Below, one piece after another: positions 39,946-53,687 of a stretch of 64,000 bases of DNA. Position 1 is the stretch's first letter; each line of letters begins with the position of its first letter. The notes beneath the pieces are model-generated. The model did not search any database and was not told the DNA's origin. It saw only the letters and a list, made by a program, of their open reading frames with translations. The stretch comes from Camelus ferus (Eukaryota), in assembly GCF_009834535.1 (NCBI RefSeq), contig NC_045696.1:110734001-110798000 (forward strand), given 5' to 3'. The position numbers and the translations under genes are program-made.

Positions 39946-41454
39946 AATCTTTTTTCATCAGATGAATTATAAATTAGAGAAGAAAGCTGGCCTCATACTT
40001 CTCTTCTATTTCTGTATAGCACTTAGCACAGCTCTGGGAGTAACTTTGCTGATTGATTGATTTTGTTACATTTCTTGGTTGACGTTAGCATCTTAGTGAG
40101 TAGGTAGCTGGAAGGCCAAAGGTAGGTAAACTTGCTTGTTTCTCTCTCCCCGCCTCACTCTCCCTGTTTCTTCCTTCCTCTTCTAATAGCACCGATAGTC
40201 TCTCCAGTGTGTGATTTAATCACTGTCTTTTAGGATTAAGAGTTAGATGGCTACCCTGGCCTACACTGGCTAAATCTGGTGCTTCTGTCTAGTTTTTTTT
40301 TAATCTATGCAGAATAGGCTGTGGTAAAAATAATTTTTTTTTTCTTTTTGGAAGAAAACATTCACAAACTCCTGAGAAATGATTATCATAACGAGTCACC
40401 CCTGACTCTGTAAAGAGGCATAATTAAATCAGCCTGTCTTTTCAGGAAACACCAGAAAATTTGGTTGGAGTAGATTTACCGAGAGTGAGATTGACAGGGT
40501 CGAGTTGTTTTTACAAAGCACTTGGGAAAAACTTCTAAGTCACCAGATTCAGCAATTAAGTCACACTTCTCAGAGTACAGACAAGGCAAATGGGATAGCA
40601 AACTGCCCAGAGGTCACTGGGCAACCTCCTAGGTCCAGAGTCTTGCTAAGCTTGAGTCATGGAGAGGAGATAGTCATGGTGATAATGTGACTGCAGGGGA
40701 ATTAGGAAGGGTTCCTTGTCCCAGACTATTTCCTTCATACAGTCTTACATTCCACACCTGGAAAATTAGTTAGATTTATTTATTACTATTAAAAAAAACA
40801 GCAATTCCTCTGATAAGTTTAAAGAATTCTTGGTCAGTCCCACCCAGTGTAGATAAATTTAAGAATTTCTCTCAAACAGCCTCATTTAGGCAACTTGGTT
40901 AAAGGTAGTGGTTTTTGGACTTAGCTGTCCACTAGGATCATCTAGGAAGATTAAAAAAAATATTGATGGCTGGGTCCCACCCTCAGAGATTCTGATTTAT
41001 TATGGGGTGTGCCCTGGGCAGCAGGAGTTTAAAACAATTCCCAGGTAATTCTGACATGCAGCTAACTTTGAGGACCACTAGTTTACAGGGAAGGAAATTG
41101 CTCTGGGATGAGACAGACCTGGTTCTAGTCCCCGTAGTGATGCTTATCAGCTGTGTGGCTTCAGATCCATTTAGTTTGTTTAACTTCTCTGAGCCCTTAT
41201 TTCCCTGGCTATCAAAGGAGAATGATAATATTGTCCATTCATAGTTGTTACGAAAGGTAAACATGATGACACATATAAAGTGTTGGGCACCAATTATGGA
41301 CTCAAATCTTTCTTTTTTTCCTACCAGGAAATGGGGATTTCCATGGGTGGGGGTTGGTATTTGTAGGTAGAGAGATCTTAGGATGTTCTGGAGGGAGGAG
41401 AACCCTATGTAGGGCACCAAAAGCCTGGGAATTGAAGACAGAACACTGAGAGCC

Positions 41455-41516
41455 GTGCGTGTGTGCGCGTGTGCGTGCGTGCGTGCGTGTGTGCGTGCGT
41501 GTGTGTGTGCGTGTGT
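41455..41516 (+). repeat. Alternating (GT)/(GC) purine-pyrimidine tract
   Basis: gtgcgtgtgtgcgcgtgtgcgtgc...; read directly. Confidence 0.9.
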
Positions 41517-41762
41517 AAAGATGCAGAGGGACAAACTGTCAGAAGTTGAAAGAGCAGCAGAACAAGGTGGATTATAAAGATCCAGAGAGAAATTCTGATC
41601 CCACTCTCTCTTGCCTAGGGCTTTTTATGCTCTACATTGTCCTTTGCACCTTTATTAGGAGAGAATTAAGACTGCACAGCCCAAGAAATGCCCAGACTCC
41701 CAAATCCACAAGTTCCTCCTTCCAGGCCCAGTGGAACCTCCCGGTTTCCCCAGAATACTGAC

Positions 41763-41915
41763 CTGATCTTCAGAAAGAGGGACTGTGTGCACTGGGATGG
41801 GCTGCCAGAGAAGGCTGGGATTCCAGACGCTGGTACCCTTTGGGGGAAATAGGGCTGCAAGGTTTGTCATAGCACTCATCAAAGTCCGGTCAACATCTGT
41901 GCTTCGAACATAAAC
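41763..41915 (-). CDS. ACP3: ACP3 exon 4
   Basis: ctttag|[51 protein letters not shown]|gtcagt, 153 nt, includes active-site R111. Confidence 0.98.
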
Positions 41916-42379
41916 CTAAAGTGGGAAAATCAAAGCAGAATCCAGTTGAGCGGAAGTGTGGTGTATTTTTCCCTATGGGGCTAATAGTATATTTGAGAAA
42001 GGGCAGGACAGCCACACCAAAGGATTAGCAGATATTGGGGTAGCATCATGATCGTAATCCCCAATGGAAGAGACATTATGATGAGCATTCTGTGGCATAA
42101 AGTGACCTGATATGCCCATGGTTGAATTTACAAAAGAGACCAATTAAGTAGTGGCTACCTGCCAAGCCAAAGTATTCACTGTAGGTGTCCATTTTGAACT
42201 TACTTGTATTCATACATTTTTTTTTAGGAACAAAATTTTTGTATAAAGAGGAGTACACTTGTAAACAAGATCTCTGACTTGTATAAGTTCCTTGGGAAAC
42301 AGGCAAAAGCACTTTTACAAATACATTATGTTAAATTCTTTCAAGGGACGAGGTTCCCACTATTAGCTCCCCAACCTAC

Positions 42380-42466
42380 CTGTTCATGTTTATAGGACTC
42401 ATTCAAGAACTTTCCATATCGTTTCCTTATATAGTCTCCAAGTTCGTAATGCTGCTTCATACCCAG
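42380..42466 (-). CDS. ACP3: ACP3 exon 3
   Basis: ccatag|LGMKQHYELGDYIRKRYGKFLNESYKHEQ|gtaggt, 87 nt, N94-E-S sequon. Confidence 0.97.
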
Positions 42467-42929
42467 CTATGGGGAAGAAAAATAAAAGGAAAAATTCATG
42501 AAAGTAAGTTCTGTGAAGCTATGAGCCTCGTCCCTCCTCACTGAATATGAATAGTGAACAGTGATGTCCTTTGGTAGTTCCACAATAACACATTTTTAAA
42601 TGCAAATAGGAAAAGAGAGCTGTAATCTTTAGTCATGATTCACTGAAACAATTCTTTCATCATCAGCAGCACTTCACATAGGGCCTTGCACAGGTAATAG
42701 CTGGTGACTGATCTGGTATAAGTGAACAGTTCCTCTCTGGTGTGGCAGAGTGCTTCATGGTTCATCTTTGCTGGTAAGAGCATTTCAAGTGCTGGTTGAC
42801 CATGTGGAAGAAATTCAACCATCTGATAGGAGTTTGGACTTGATGAATCTGAAGATCACTTTGAATCTCTGGGTGCAATGATTTATTATCTGCACGGTTC
42901 AGTTATGTCTGGTTCATGAAAAGCTACAG

Positions 42930-44441
42930 CCTGTTACCCAGAGTGTGGTCTGCAGAGCAGCAGTATTAGCATACAGTATACTTGGGAGTATATTAGAAAC
43001 CAAATATTTGGGCCCCACCCTTGGTCTACTGAACCAGAATTGCTGGGGGTGGAGCTCAGAAAATCTGTTTCTAACAAGCTCATTAAGATTCTGGTGGTAG
43101 GTAATCATTGAGAAGTGTCTCCTTAGCTCGATGATCTTCAGGCACCACTGTGCATCAGAAGCCAAATTATCTAGGGTGCCTGTTGAAAGGCAGGTTCCTC
43201 AGCATTTCCCCCAGAGATTCCAGCTCATTCGATCCTGGGTTTAGCCCTGGAATCTGCATTTTCACAAGTGCCCTGCGTGATTCATATCCATGGACTAGAG
43301 CACCATGCTTGGAGAAACACTGCATTCAAGTCTGTCTTTAATCCAGAGTTTCGCCAGAGCTTCAGGAGTCAGAGAAGATTTGGTCACTGTGGCTTCTGTT
43401 TGGTCCTATTCGCTCATTTGCTTGCCACTCCTGGCTACCCTTCTAGATGGGAAAAGAGGTAGGAAAAAAAAATAATGTGTGCTTTGATGTTTGTGAGTTT
43501 CCTGAGAGACTTGGATAGCTAAAGCAGTAGGTACTTTGGGTGTGATTTGCTGTTCTAACTCCAAGCTGACTTTTGAGGAAGTAGTGATCTTCTATACAGC
43601 AGTGGTTCTCCAATGTCAGCGTGCACAGAATGACTTGGCGTGCTCATTAAAGATTCCCAGGCTTCAACCCCAGAGCTTCTGGTTCAGTGGGTGGGGCTAG
43701 AGAACTTACATTTCTGACAAGTTTCCAGGCTCATTCAGGGACAACACTTTGAGAGCTAAGAAACTCAAAGAGAACCTTCTCTTTGTCATTATGTAGACTG
43801 GAAGTTCCCAGCTAAGAGAAGGAATCTGAACTCTAGAACCTTGCTACTTCAGCAGTGGCCCTGTACCAGCACCATGGGCATCACTTAAGAATATGTCAGA
43901 AATGCAGAATCTCAGACCATGTCAGATCCACTGATTTAGAGTCTGCATTTTAACACTGATTTAGAATCCTCAAATGATTCATTTGCACTTGGAAAGAAAC
44001 ACTGCTCGAGGAGAAACTGGTGGCTAGTTAAGAGATTACTAGAAGAACAGTCCAGAGCCCACAGGCTGGAGGAATCTTTTGGTCTTACTGGAACATTGCA
44101 GCAAGGGAACAAGAATCTCTACAGGGCCATACAGCATCCCTGAATTTTTACAACCCTCTCTTATTCAGGGAGCCAGAAGCTGGGTAGACTATGGCAGGGA
44201 GAGAGAAGATACTAGCCTCAAATAGACTTCCTGCATTTTCTCCTCATCGAGATGGTTCCATCAGGGCAGTAAATTCTCAGCCTTGGCTGCACATTAGAGT
44301 CAACTGATCGACCGAGGTGCTTCTAAAAACCCCAATGTCCAGGCTGCACCCTAGACCAAATAAGAACCTCCTAGGCAGAAAATAGTATTTTGTAAAGCTC
44401 TCCGAGTAGTTCCAATGTTTAGCCAAGATCAAGACCCACTA
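42930..44441. mobile_element. Cluster of about five MER5-like hAT MITEs in intron 2
   Basis: Copies at roughly 42930-43125, 43130-43323, 43597-43757, 43840-44003 and 44262-44441, with ttctc/gagaaacactg-type ends and atctgcatttt-type cores. Confidence 0.65.
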
Positions 44442-45205
44442 GTTTGGGAGTTATCCAACTCTAAACATTTTGCGACATTTTCTTACTATGTGTAAACAAG
44501 GCTTTGGTCAGGACAGAAGCAAAGCATGTGGCCTGGTGGCTCCAAACAGAAGAGCCACCTGCCTTTGACAGCTGAAGGGGGTGGGGCACTAGAGCAGTGA
44601 CTACAGATGCCTTTGTCCCCCAGTTTATCTTCCCTGGTGCTCTTTAGGAAGGAGGGTTCCCTATGTTTCACTGACCACTTATAAAGCAATCTCAATCCCA
44701 ATATATTCAGCTGACAAAGATTAAATTCCGCACTTCTGAGTGCTGATAAAAATCAGCACTTCCAGAGAATCGTGTTTTCCCAAACCTGCTGGTTCAGGAT
44801 TATTTTCTAGTTTCTCAGGTGGAGCCTGAGAAACTCAAGGGCTGGCTTGTAAGGATCTTGCTTGCTTCAGCATCTTTAAGCTTATGTCTTCTTCTGTTGT
44901 CTGCGGACACCTCTCATGCTTTAATAAAGCCAGCAGGCAATTCTATACAGTTTTCCAGCAGTTACTTGTCATTAGGGATGGCTTGGCCATGATCAGAAGT
45001 TATCAAATCTAACCATTAATGCGTCTCATTCTACAACTGAAACCCGTTTTAGACATTTTTTTTTAGATCCCACGTAATTATGCAAAATACTTTCCCAGAT
45101 CTGAGTAACTAAAGAAGTTGTATGGTTTCAATATATTAGAAATCCTACAGAATTTAATTTCCCATGAAATTCATCAGCGACCTTTAGCTTGAAAATCCAA
45201 CCAAC

Positions 45206-45301
45206 CTGAGTGAGCTGGCCAAATCCTTGTGGCCATGAGGATTCCTTAATGGGGTCGTAAGGAAAGGTTTCAATGGGACTTCGGTCTCCATGCCTAAAAA
45301 C
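45206..45301 (-). CDS. ACP3: ACP3 exon 2, histidine acid phosphatase RHGxRxP motif
   Basis: tttcag|[32 protein letters not shown]|gttggt, 96 nt. Confidence 0.98.
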
Positions 45302-46584
45302 CTGAAAATAGATTGAGATACTCATGTTACCAATTTCACTTAGGTGTTTTGCTTCTGCTCATCATGACAGATTTTCTTCTAAACCACTGGTTCTCAACCT
45401 TGGGTGAACTGTTAGTGTTTCAGGTAATGTGAATGACAAGATAAGGAGCCATTAGAAGTCGGGTGACCCGCACGTGGAAACTGGTTTGCACATCAGATAG
45501 GACAAGAAGGAAAGACACAAAGAGCAGCAAGATCACTTCATTGCAGACAAACTCCGATGAGAAGTGTTCCTTCCTTAGCTAACATTTCAGTAACAATAGT
45601 GTTAAAATTTTTACATATAATAAAACAGTGACTTTTAAATGCTATGTACAATTTGTGACAATGTTGAGCCAATGATTTATTAGTTTTTAAAAGGTTTGGG
45701 ATAAAGGACTTGCCGGTGGGAGATTAGAAAATCTAATTCTCAACACTTTAAGGACACACTTCTGGATTTGTACGCACATCACTGTGCTACTTTGAGCGCA
45801 CGTTTTACTCTTTGGGGAGAGTAATCCGGACTTTTGAAACCTTCACACTCTGATTCTAATATGCTTCCTGAATAGAATACCAAACCAAACATGAAGCTAC
45901 TTTATAAGCAAAAGGTAAGAAAAGAAAGATTTAAGAAATGTAAGACGAAGTCTGCACTGATGTCAGCAAACATTTTTGATACAGAGGAGGACTGCATAAC
46001 TATACCTTGCATTTTCTGAGTTTTCCTGCACTTATCACTCATACCACCTGGCTAAGGTGCTCCATTGAAAAGAAAGCCAAGAGGCTGCTCTTTTGAAATC
46101 TCATAAAACAGTTTGGTAGAAACAGAGTAAGGAACAGTCTCAAACTTTAGTCATCGTTGAGATGGGATTCCAGGAAAGCGAAGGAGGCGTCTGTAACCTG
46201 GGTTGTGTCTCTGGTGTCTGAAGAAAACTGATCTGTTGGCCCCTAAACTGGTGAGGAATTGAAATCTAAGTAGAAGAGGCTACGACAAGCAGAGAGGCAA
46301 TGATCTAGTGGATTTTAAGAAACCACCTTGGACAGGTAAGGAGTCCTGTCAGCAGGAAGACTGCATACTCTCTGATGGGCACTGACAGTTACCAGTCACT
46401 AGGGGGCGACTTGGTCAAGATCAGAAATTATTAAGGCGAATCATTAGTGCTTCTCTTTCCACAGTCAAAACACCTTTTAGACCTTTTAGATTCCAGGTAA
46501 TTCTGAAAAGTATTTTCCAAGATCTGAGTAGCTAAACTTATGATACAGTTTCAATAGATTATAAACCCCACTTTGTTTGGTTTC

Positions 46585-46765
46585 CAGAGTTTCTCAGCCT
46601 CAGCGCTGTTGACATTTTGTGCAGGACAGTTCCCTGCGGGGGCTGCCCTGTGCACCGCAGGATGTTTGCCCACTAGGTGTCAGCAGCACTCCCCAGTTGT
46701 GACCATCAGGAAGGGCTCAGACATTGCTAAATGTCCCCAAGAGGGCAAAATCACCCCCAGTTGAC
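46585..46765. mobile_element. MER20-like hAT element
   Basis: tttctcagcctcagcgctgttgacatttt...ggcaaaatcacccccagttga. Confidence 0.8.
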
Positions 46766-48806
46766 AGTCCCCTAGTTAGCCAAAGAGAAGCTGGATGAGA
46801 GACGATTGTAAAATAAATTACGACACTTCCTACCATCCAGCAACCACGATGGCTCCTCGACACTTTTTGAATGCCTGCTTTGCCCTAGAAACTGCGCTAA
46901 ATGCTTCTCATAATCCTCTCATCACTTCTGCAAAACAGTTACCATCATCTTCATTTCACAGACGAGGAAATTGGCCTTAGTGAAGTGACCTGCCCAAGGT
47001 CACAAAGCATGTAAGTGGTAGACCAGAGATCCCAATCCGGGCTGTGTGTGGCCAGCGCCAGCTTTGAACCTGTGCAAGAGGCTCACTTCTTTGTGCTCAG
47101 ACACGCCCCTCAGCCTCCCACTGGCGGATGATCTGGAATCTGGGGCTTCTTTATGAACTCAACTTTTTCCCTCCAAGATAGTGAGTGTGTGTGGCGGGGG
47201 TGGGGTTGTGCTGTTTCAGAGGAGTTCAAAAGTCTTCATGTGTAAGAAACAGTCCCAAATATTTGAACAATGGACTGAGGTTATGTAACTAAATAACAGC
47301 GTGGCCCGGGGAGGGAATAAAGTGTCTCCTTAGAGGAATGTGTTTTAAAGAGCAGAGCTGGATCAAAACCATGAGACTTGGGCAAGCTTTCCTACTCCAT
47401 CCTCATAGGTCAACGATAATTGTCTCCCCCTACATTTCAGTGGGTTTTCAGGGTTTCTGAGGCTGTGGCTCAAAGATGCTATGACCTCTATGGAAGGGGT
47501 GTGCCACAGAAACACTTAAACCATCTCTGACCTCTGGTGCTAGAAAATCAAAGTGTGTGTGTATGTGTGTGTGGGTGTGTGCGCGCACATCTGCCCTCAA
47601 GGACACGCAGGTGGCATTCTTGAGCTTCTGGACCTTCTCCAATTCAGGTGAAGCCTTTGGACTATGCCCAGGCATTCTTTTAACTGCTGTGGGGCAATCT
47701 TCTTAACCTCTGCTCGGTCAAATTTATAACCTCTGTTCTCTGTCTAGCAATCACCACTCTATCACATCCTTTAGAAACCTAAGAGTATATTATGAACAGT
47801 AGGACTATTTGCAGTACTGTTGGTAACTGCAAAAGGAAGACATTCAAGAGAATAACAACCCCTTATGTTTGTGCTTCCCTCCGTGGTTTTGTCCAATCCT
47901 TTCCCCTACTGTCTCTTTTAATTCTTAGTAGTCTGTGAGGTCAGGTCAGCGCGATTGCTGTACTGAGCAAATAAGGACGCCGAGGCTCAAAGAGATGGGG
48001 TAATTCTTCCAGACCTCCTGCCTCTCATGGCTGCTGGCCCACTGTTTTCCCTTCCATATCACATTCACTTCACCCTTTTTTAAATCATAGGCAGCTTGTT
48101 TTTAAAAGTTTGTGGTTTGGCACTCCCATGAATGACCCTGCTCCACTGAGTCTACACACTAGATTTGGCGCATTGCATTTGGATGTGGAGACCCTGATGA
48201 CTGGAGGACACTATGTCTGGTCCCTCTCCCCACGAAGTTAAGTGCTGTTGTAAAAATTGTCGATCAGAATTTGTCACTTGATTGCTTAGGATCTTCTAAT
48301 GTTGTCTCATTCTATTAAATTTTTTTTGCAGAAATTATTAAGAACGACAAGTAGAGATTTTTATAATGAGCCCCTATGAGTCTATCACTTGCTCCAACAA
48401 TTAGCAACTCATGTGTGGCCGGTCTTGTTTCATTATACCCTCTCACTCTCAGACATTATGTCATTTCCCATGGCTCTTCGCCTAAAATTCAAAGCCCTTA
48501 CAACGGCTCACCAGACCCTACCCGATGTGGCCCTGCCTACCGCCCTGTTCTCACCTTACCTTCTTGCTAAACACGCTCAGCCAAAGGAGCCTCTGTTGTC
48601 TCCCCAATACAGTGTGTTCCAGCCTCAGGACCTTCGTGTCCTTTCTGCCTGGAATCTCCTGGGTCTGCATCCCCTGGAGCCATCCTTCAGCTGCTAAATT
48701 CAGGTCTGTCCTGAAAAAAGGCAACCTCTGCAGGGAGGCCTCTCTTGACCACCCAGTACCAGGTAACTCCTGCTCCGTCTCTCTCTCATCACCTGGATTC
48801 ATTTTT

Positions 48807-48940
48807 TTTAATTAATTTTAATTTTTTGGGGGGGGGTAATTAGGTTTTTGTTTATTTATTTCTAGAAGAGGTACTGAGGATTGAACCCAGGACCTCGAGC
48901 ATGCTAAGCACACACTCTACCACTTGAGCTATACCCTCCC
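48807..48940 (-). mobile_element. tRNA-derived SINE (vic-1-like, long tail)
   Basis: TSD ggattcattttt at 48795-48806 and 48943-48954. Confidence 0.9.
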
Positions 48941-49623
48941 ACGGATTCATTTTTATCCCTCATATTTCCTTTTCTTTTTGTTTTTTAAAGTGTTTGGGTG
49001 TGAGTGAGTGTGCATGTGTTTTTTAAGTCTCTGGTTTCCCCTCTCCCCATAAGCTCCTTGAAAGCAGAATCCTTGCTGTTACGGGCACAGGTTTATCCCC
49101 CAAAACAGCGCCTGACAGACAGCAAGTACACACACAAAGTGCTCTGTTTGAATGAGTGAGTGAATCTTGGGTTGGATCCAGCTCCTCCAGGTCCTCCGAG
49201 ATGGCTTTCTTTCCCATCTCTTCACTTCACAAGGGCTTTTAATTTTCACCCCTGCTTATCATCAAGGTGTGCTGTGTGTGCTCCTTTTTTCCCCCTTTAT
49301 TTCATTCTCCTGTCGTTCCCCTCATGCCCTGCATTTGTACCTTTGCTTCTGGACCAGTGAGTCTGCCCCTGGACTAGACTGAATTCTAAACCATCATCCT
49401 GTCCTTCCAGGTTTGGAATTCAAGTCACATCATAAAACTTTGGGATGATTCTGGAAATCCTAAAAGGGACATTAAACTCCACTCCCTATTTAGTTAACCA
49501 TGCTCCAAGCCATGAAAATCTCTTGATGCACAAACCTCGCCTTGAATAAAAGCTTATTTTATTTTCTTCTTTTAGGAGCTTAGAAACAACTCTTAAGAGA
49601 ATTAGAAACTGAAAGAGTATCTC

Positions 49624-49816
49624 TTGCAGATACTTGCTACTGTACATAAAATAGAGAACAACAAGGTCCTACTGCACAGCACAGGGAACTCTATTCAATA
49701 CCTATAATGAAAAAGAATACATGTCTGTATATGTATGACTGAAACATTACGCTGTACACCAGAAATTGACACAACATTGTAACTGATGATACTTCAATTA
49801 AACAAAAAAATAAAAA
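49624..49816 (+). mobile_element. L1 3' end fragment
   Basis: aacaacaaggtcctactgcacagcacagggaactc...acttcaattaaa plus A tail. Confidence 0.85.
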
Positions 49817-52289
49817 GAATTTGGAAAAAAAGAGTGAAAGAGTTTGGGTAGAAATGAATGAGTCGGATAAATAAATCTCACTTCATAGATAAGAAGGGAA
49901 CCCGACTGGCTGTGAGAGGACTCAGGGTTGGAACATGTCCTGTATGTGCCGTGAGGAAGGTGGAAAGGCACAGCACGCTAACGAGACTCATCCAGGGCCC
50001 AGGAGAGGGAATGGAGGAATCTGTGTCGTACTGTGCATGGTATCTCAGAAAATCTCTGGGTTTGAGTCAGTTAGACCTGGCTTCAAACCCCTGCTTTGTC
50101 AACACCTAACTAGGTGACCCTGGGAAAATGCTTTAATGTAAACTTTTGCATGCCTCGATTTCCCGCTCTGAAAAATGAGAAAATCTGTATTTCTCATGCA
50201 GGAGGATCACGAGAATTCAATGTGTAATATAAGCCATCATCATACACAGGATGCACTCAGTACACGAGAGTGGTTATTATATCGGATACTATTAATTTTG
50301 TTGTTGTGTTATTCAGGGCTTTAACTTAGCTACCTGCTTTACTTCCCTTCCTGTGTGCAGCATATCAGGGCAAATGAGAACTACTTGCTAAACAAAGAAA
50401 TATCCTTCAAGAAATATTTCCATTAATTTCTAATCTTCTCTCCAACTTTTGCTTCCCTGACTGACAAGAAAAATGAATTCCTCCTTTGGATTTGTGACAT
50501 TTCAAAACCTTTTAAGTGCCCATGGCAGCAACTCAGCTGACTGGAATGTCTTGAACCGAGCATAATTTCCCTGATCAGTTCACCACCGTGAAAATCTGCA
50601 AAGGGCATTGGCATAAAACTGGAGAGAAGCTCGTGTAAGCAAACTGAAGTGACTGCCTACCTGTCCCAGCGCCAACGCTCGGTGCACAACAGTGGGCTGT
50701 CCAGCTAATGTCTTTGAAGACCTGGCAGGTCTCCGTGGATGGCTTTCTGCTCCTTGGCCCCAGTGATTAGGGAGCCGCACAGTAGCGGGGAGAGACCCGG
50801 GGGCTGTCTGTGAGCTGAGGCAGTAGCCCTGGCTTTTGTTTTTCAGGGGAGAGTTTTAGCCAGTACGTGTCATCTAAGCCAGCCCACGAGTTGTAGGTGG
50901 GCCACCAGACAGTTACATCTTGAGTTCCCAGGACCCAGCACACCACAGAGAAGTTCCCGCTCCTTTCCACCCCTCTTAAGTACTACCAAGGTAATATATG
51001 CCTTACCAGGTCATTTTGGGGATTTAAAATACAAAACAGAAAGAGCCCAGCATCCAGTGGACACTTACAATATGATCGCTGTAAACTATAATCCTTTATT
51101 TTTAACAGAAGTGAAAACGAGGTTTACAGGCCTTGAGAAGTAGGAACTTCTGCCTGTGTTCAAAGGTACTGTTCAAACATAGCAATGAAGATGAAGGCAA
51201 ATAAAAGGGCAATCAGTAATCTATTCTAGCCAAGAGGGCCACTTGGTGGATCAGTAAATCAAACAATGATTGAAATGAGTAAAATCTGTTTCTCTCTTGT
51301 CACTTTTTTTTCAGTTTTGACTGAGCCAGAGGCCCAAAGCTGGGGAGGAAAATGGATCAAACTGAAAAAAAAAGACATATAAATATTTCATCCTTGGAGA
51401 ATAAATAGAAAACAATGACATTTTAATTAACTGTTTATATGACTATTATAGAAATACACATATAATTGTGTGAGTATATGTGGATAGTCAACACAACACA
51501 TTTGGGCTCAAGACATGTCATTAGTGTTTTAGGCATTTACCAGCTAGGCTTATAAGGATGTTTGTGTATATGAACCAAATCAAGCCTCACAATGACCCCA
51601 TGAAGGGCTGAGTGCTCTCCCCACTTTGCTAATGATGAAACTGAGACACAGCCAAGTCAAGTTACTCAACCAACGTCACACTGCTGGTTACTAAGAGGTG
51701 GGGCAAGCATTCAGACACAGGAGGTCTGATTCTTGAGCCCAGCACTGTTAACCCCTGTGCTCTGCGGCGCTGTGCAGCAGACAATATTGTAAATTTCTTC
51801 TGTGTTTATATCTCATGAAAGGAATTTGCAAGAAGTTTAAATATTTCATGCCTTTCGTGTACCCTGTCTCCAGGGTCGCCATCATCTTTCCAACAACCCA
51901 AATGAGAAAAACGGGGTCGTTTTAACTTCTTTCTCTTCCTTAATATCCACAGGCAACTCATGGGATTCTTCTGCCTTCACAATTTTTAAAAGAAATACCA
52001 TTTCTTTTCCAATTCTATTGCTTTCCGATGCAAGTCAGGTTTTCAGGATGCCTTTCCTGACCTGTGGTAGTATTTCCTCTCAGTTCTCCCCTCCAGCTTC
52101 TCCCCCACCCCACCCTCAAGCCATATTTACACCCAGATGTGTCTCCCCCAAGAGAAAAGAAGTCAGAATTCATAGGTGGGGAAGACTTGAGTGCAAGCAA
52201 GTTAAGCTGTTAGCCTAAGGTTCTAGCAGACATAACTGTGTAATACCTTATATTTTCTTTGCTGAAAAACAGTGAAGGGTCCTCTAGAA

Positions 52290-52620
52290 CCTTAAGGACA
52301 ATGTGTGAGGTGAAATAAGCCATCACAGCAAGACAAGAACTGTATGGTTCCACTTCTGCGAGTTACGTGGAGTAGTCAGATTCATAGAGTCAGGAAGTAG
52401 AATGGTGGTTGTAGGGGCCGGGGATGGGGTGGATGAGGAGTTACTGCTAAATGAATACAAAGTTTCAGTTTTGCAAGGCGAAGAGAATTCTGGAGATGGA
52501 TGATTTTAATGGTAGCGCGACAATGTGAAGACACCTGAGGCCACTGAACTGTACACTTAAAGTGGTGAAGATGGAAAATTTTTTGTTGTGTGTTTTACCA
52601 CAAGTTAAAAGAAAAAAAAA
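52290..52620 (+). mobile_element. Older L1M 3' end (L1MB-like)
   Basis: gtgaaataagcc...agtagaatggtggttg...ccactgaactgtacacttaaa...ttttaccaca. Confidence 0.7.
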
Positions 52621-53687
52621 GGAATAATTAAGGGTCATCTAGACTTTATCTAAAAAGCTGGAAAGCTTCTGTTTCAGACTGATGATTAACAGCAACCCCT
52701 TATAATTATATCATGGTTCATACTTTCCATGTGATTCAGAGCTCATACAACTCTGTGAGATAGAAATTATAGTTGTGATCATTATTCCCAACTTTAAGTT
52801 TGGGGAATTTGAGACTCAACAGGATTAAGTGCCTTGTTCTTGATCCCATACCTGGTAAATGATGCTAGAATTTGAATTAATGGAAGTTCAATGTTTTCCT
52901 AAGCATAGCTCTCAACTTTTACTTTAGTACATAGCCTTAGAAAATTGATAGCAATGTTGGGCTGTCAGCCTAAGCATTAACTTGCCAATTTTTTGCTTTC
53001 CTAGGAGGACTGAGGGAGAACCCTGAAAGTCTACTGTCCCTGGAAATGTGTGATGGCCAGCATCATTTGAATTTACGTAACCACAGTATGGAAGTGACCC
53101 ATCCCAGTGGGGAGATGATGTTAAGATTTGGAGGACATTTGCATCAAGAAAGTTCTGTTGACTTGAGTAAAAATTTTGCATGGTTAACCATGAAGAATGA
53201 GAAGCGCGTCTACCTTTGACTTACCATCCCTCTCTTTATAAAGCTCAGCTGGAATGAGAAGGAATTGTTTTCTCTTTGAGATCACCTGAACTTGCAGATT
53301 TGCCCTGGCTTAGGGAAGAGAGAAAAGCTTTAAAACAGCATTTCCCTGTTTGTGGATGGAATAATGACGTGTGGGATTACTTCTAAGAAGTCCATTAGGA
53401 ATGTGTGGGCACATAGATGAAACAAGACTGGCTATGAGTGATAATTATTGAGGCTGGTTGATGGGTACACTGGGTCTCACCACGGTTATTATTCTCTCTG
53501 TATATTCAAAAATAGCAATTTTTTAAGGGTTTTCTATGGAATGTTCTGGAAAAACAGAAGAGGTGGATTTTACAGTCAAAATTTAGGAAATACCATTTAT
53601 GAGATCCTTTCTCTGAAAGGCATGGTGCATATTAGAATATTAAAGAACTTGAAAAGTCCTGTATTTGAGACCTTTAAACACAGTTTA

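Noticed and set aside
40983..41534. 183-aa ORF with HARTHA repeats
   Set aside because: Made of microsatellite, MIR and MER5 sequence
44809..44835. 11-bp inverted repeat agtttctcagg/cctgagaaact
   Set aside because: Deep intronic with no functional context; compatible with chance
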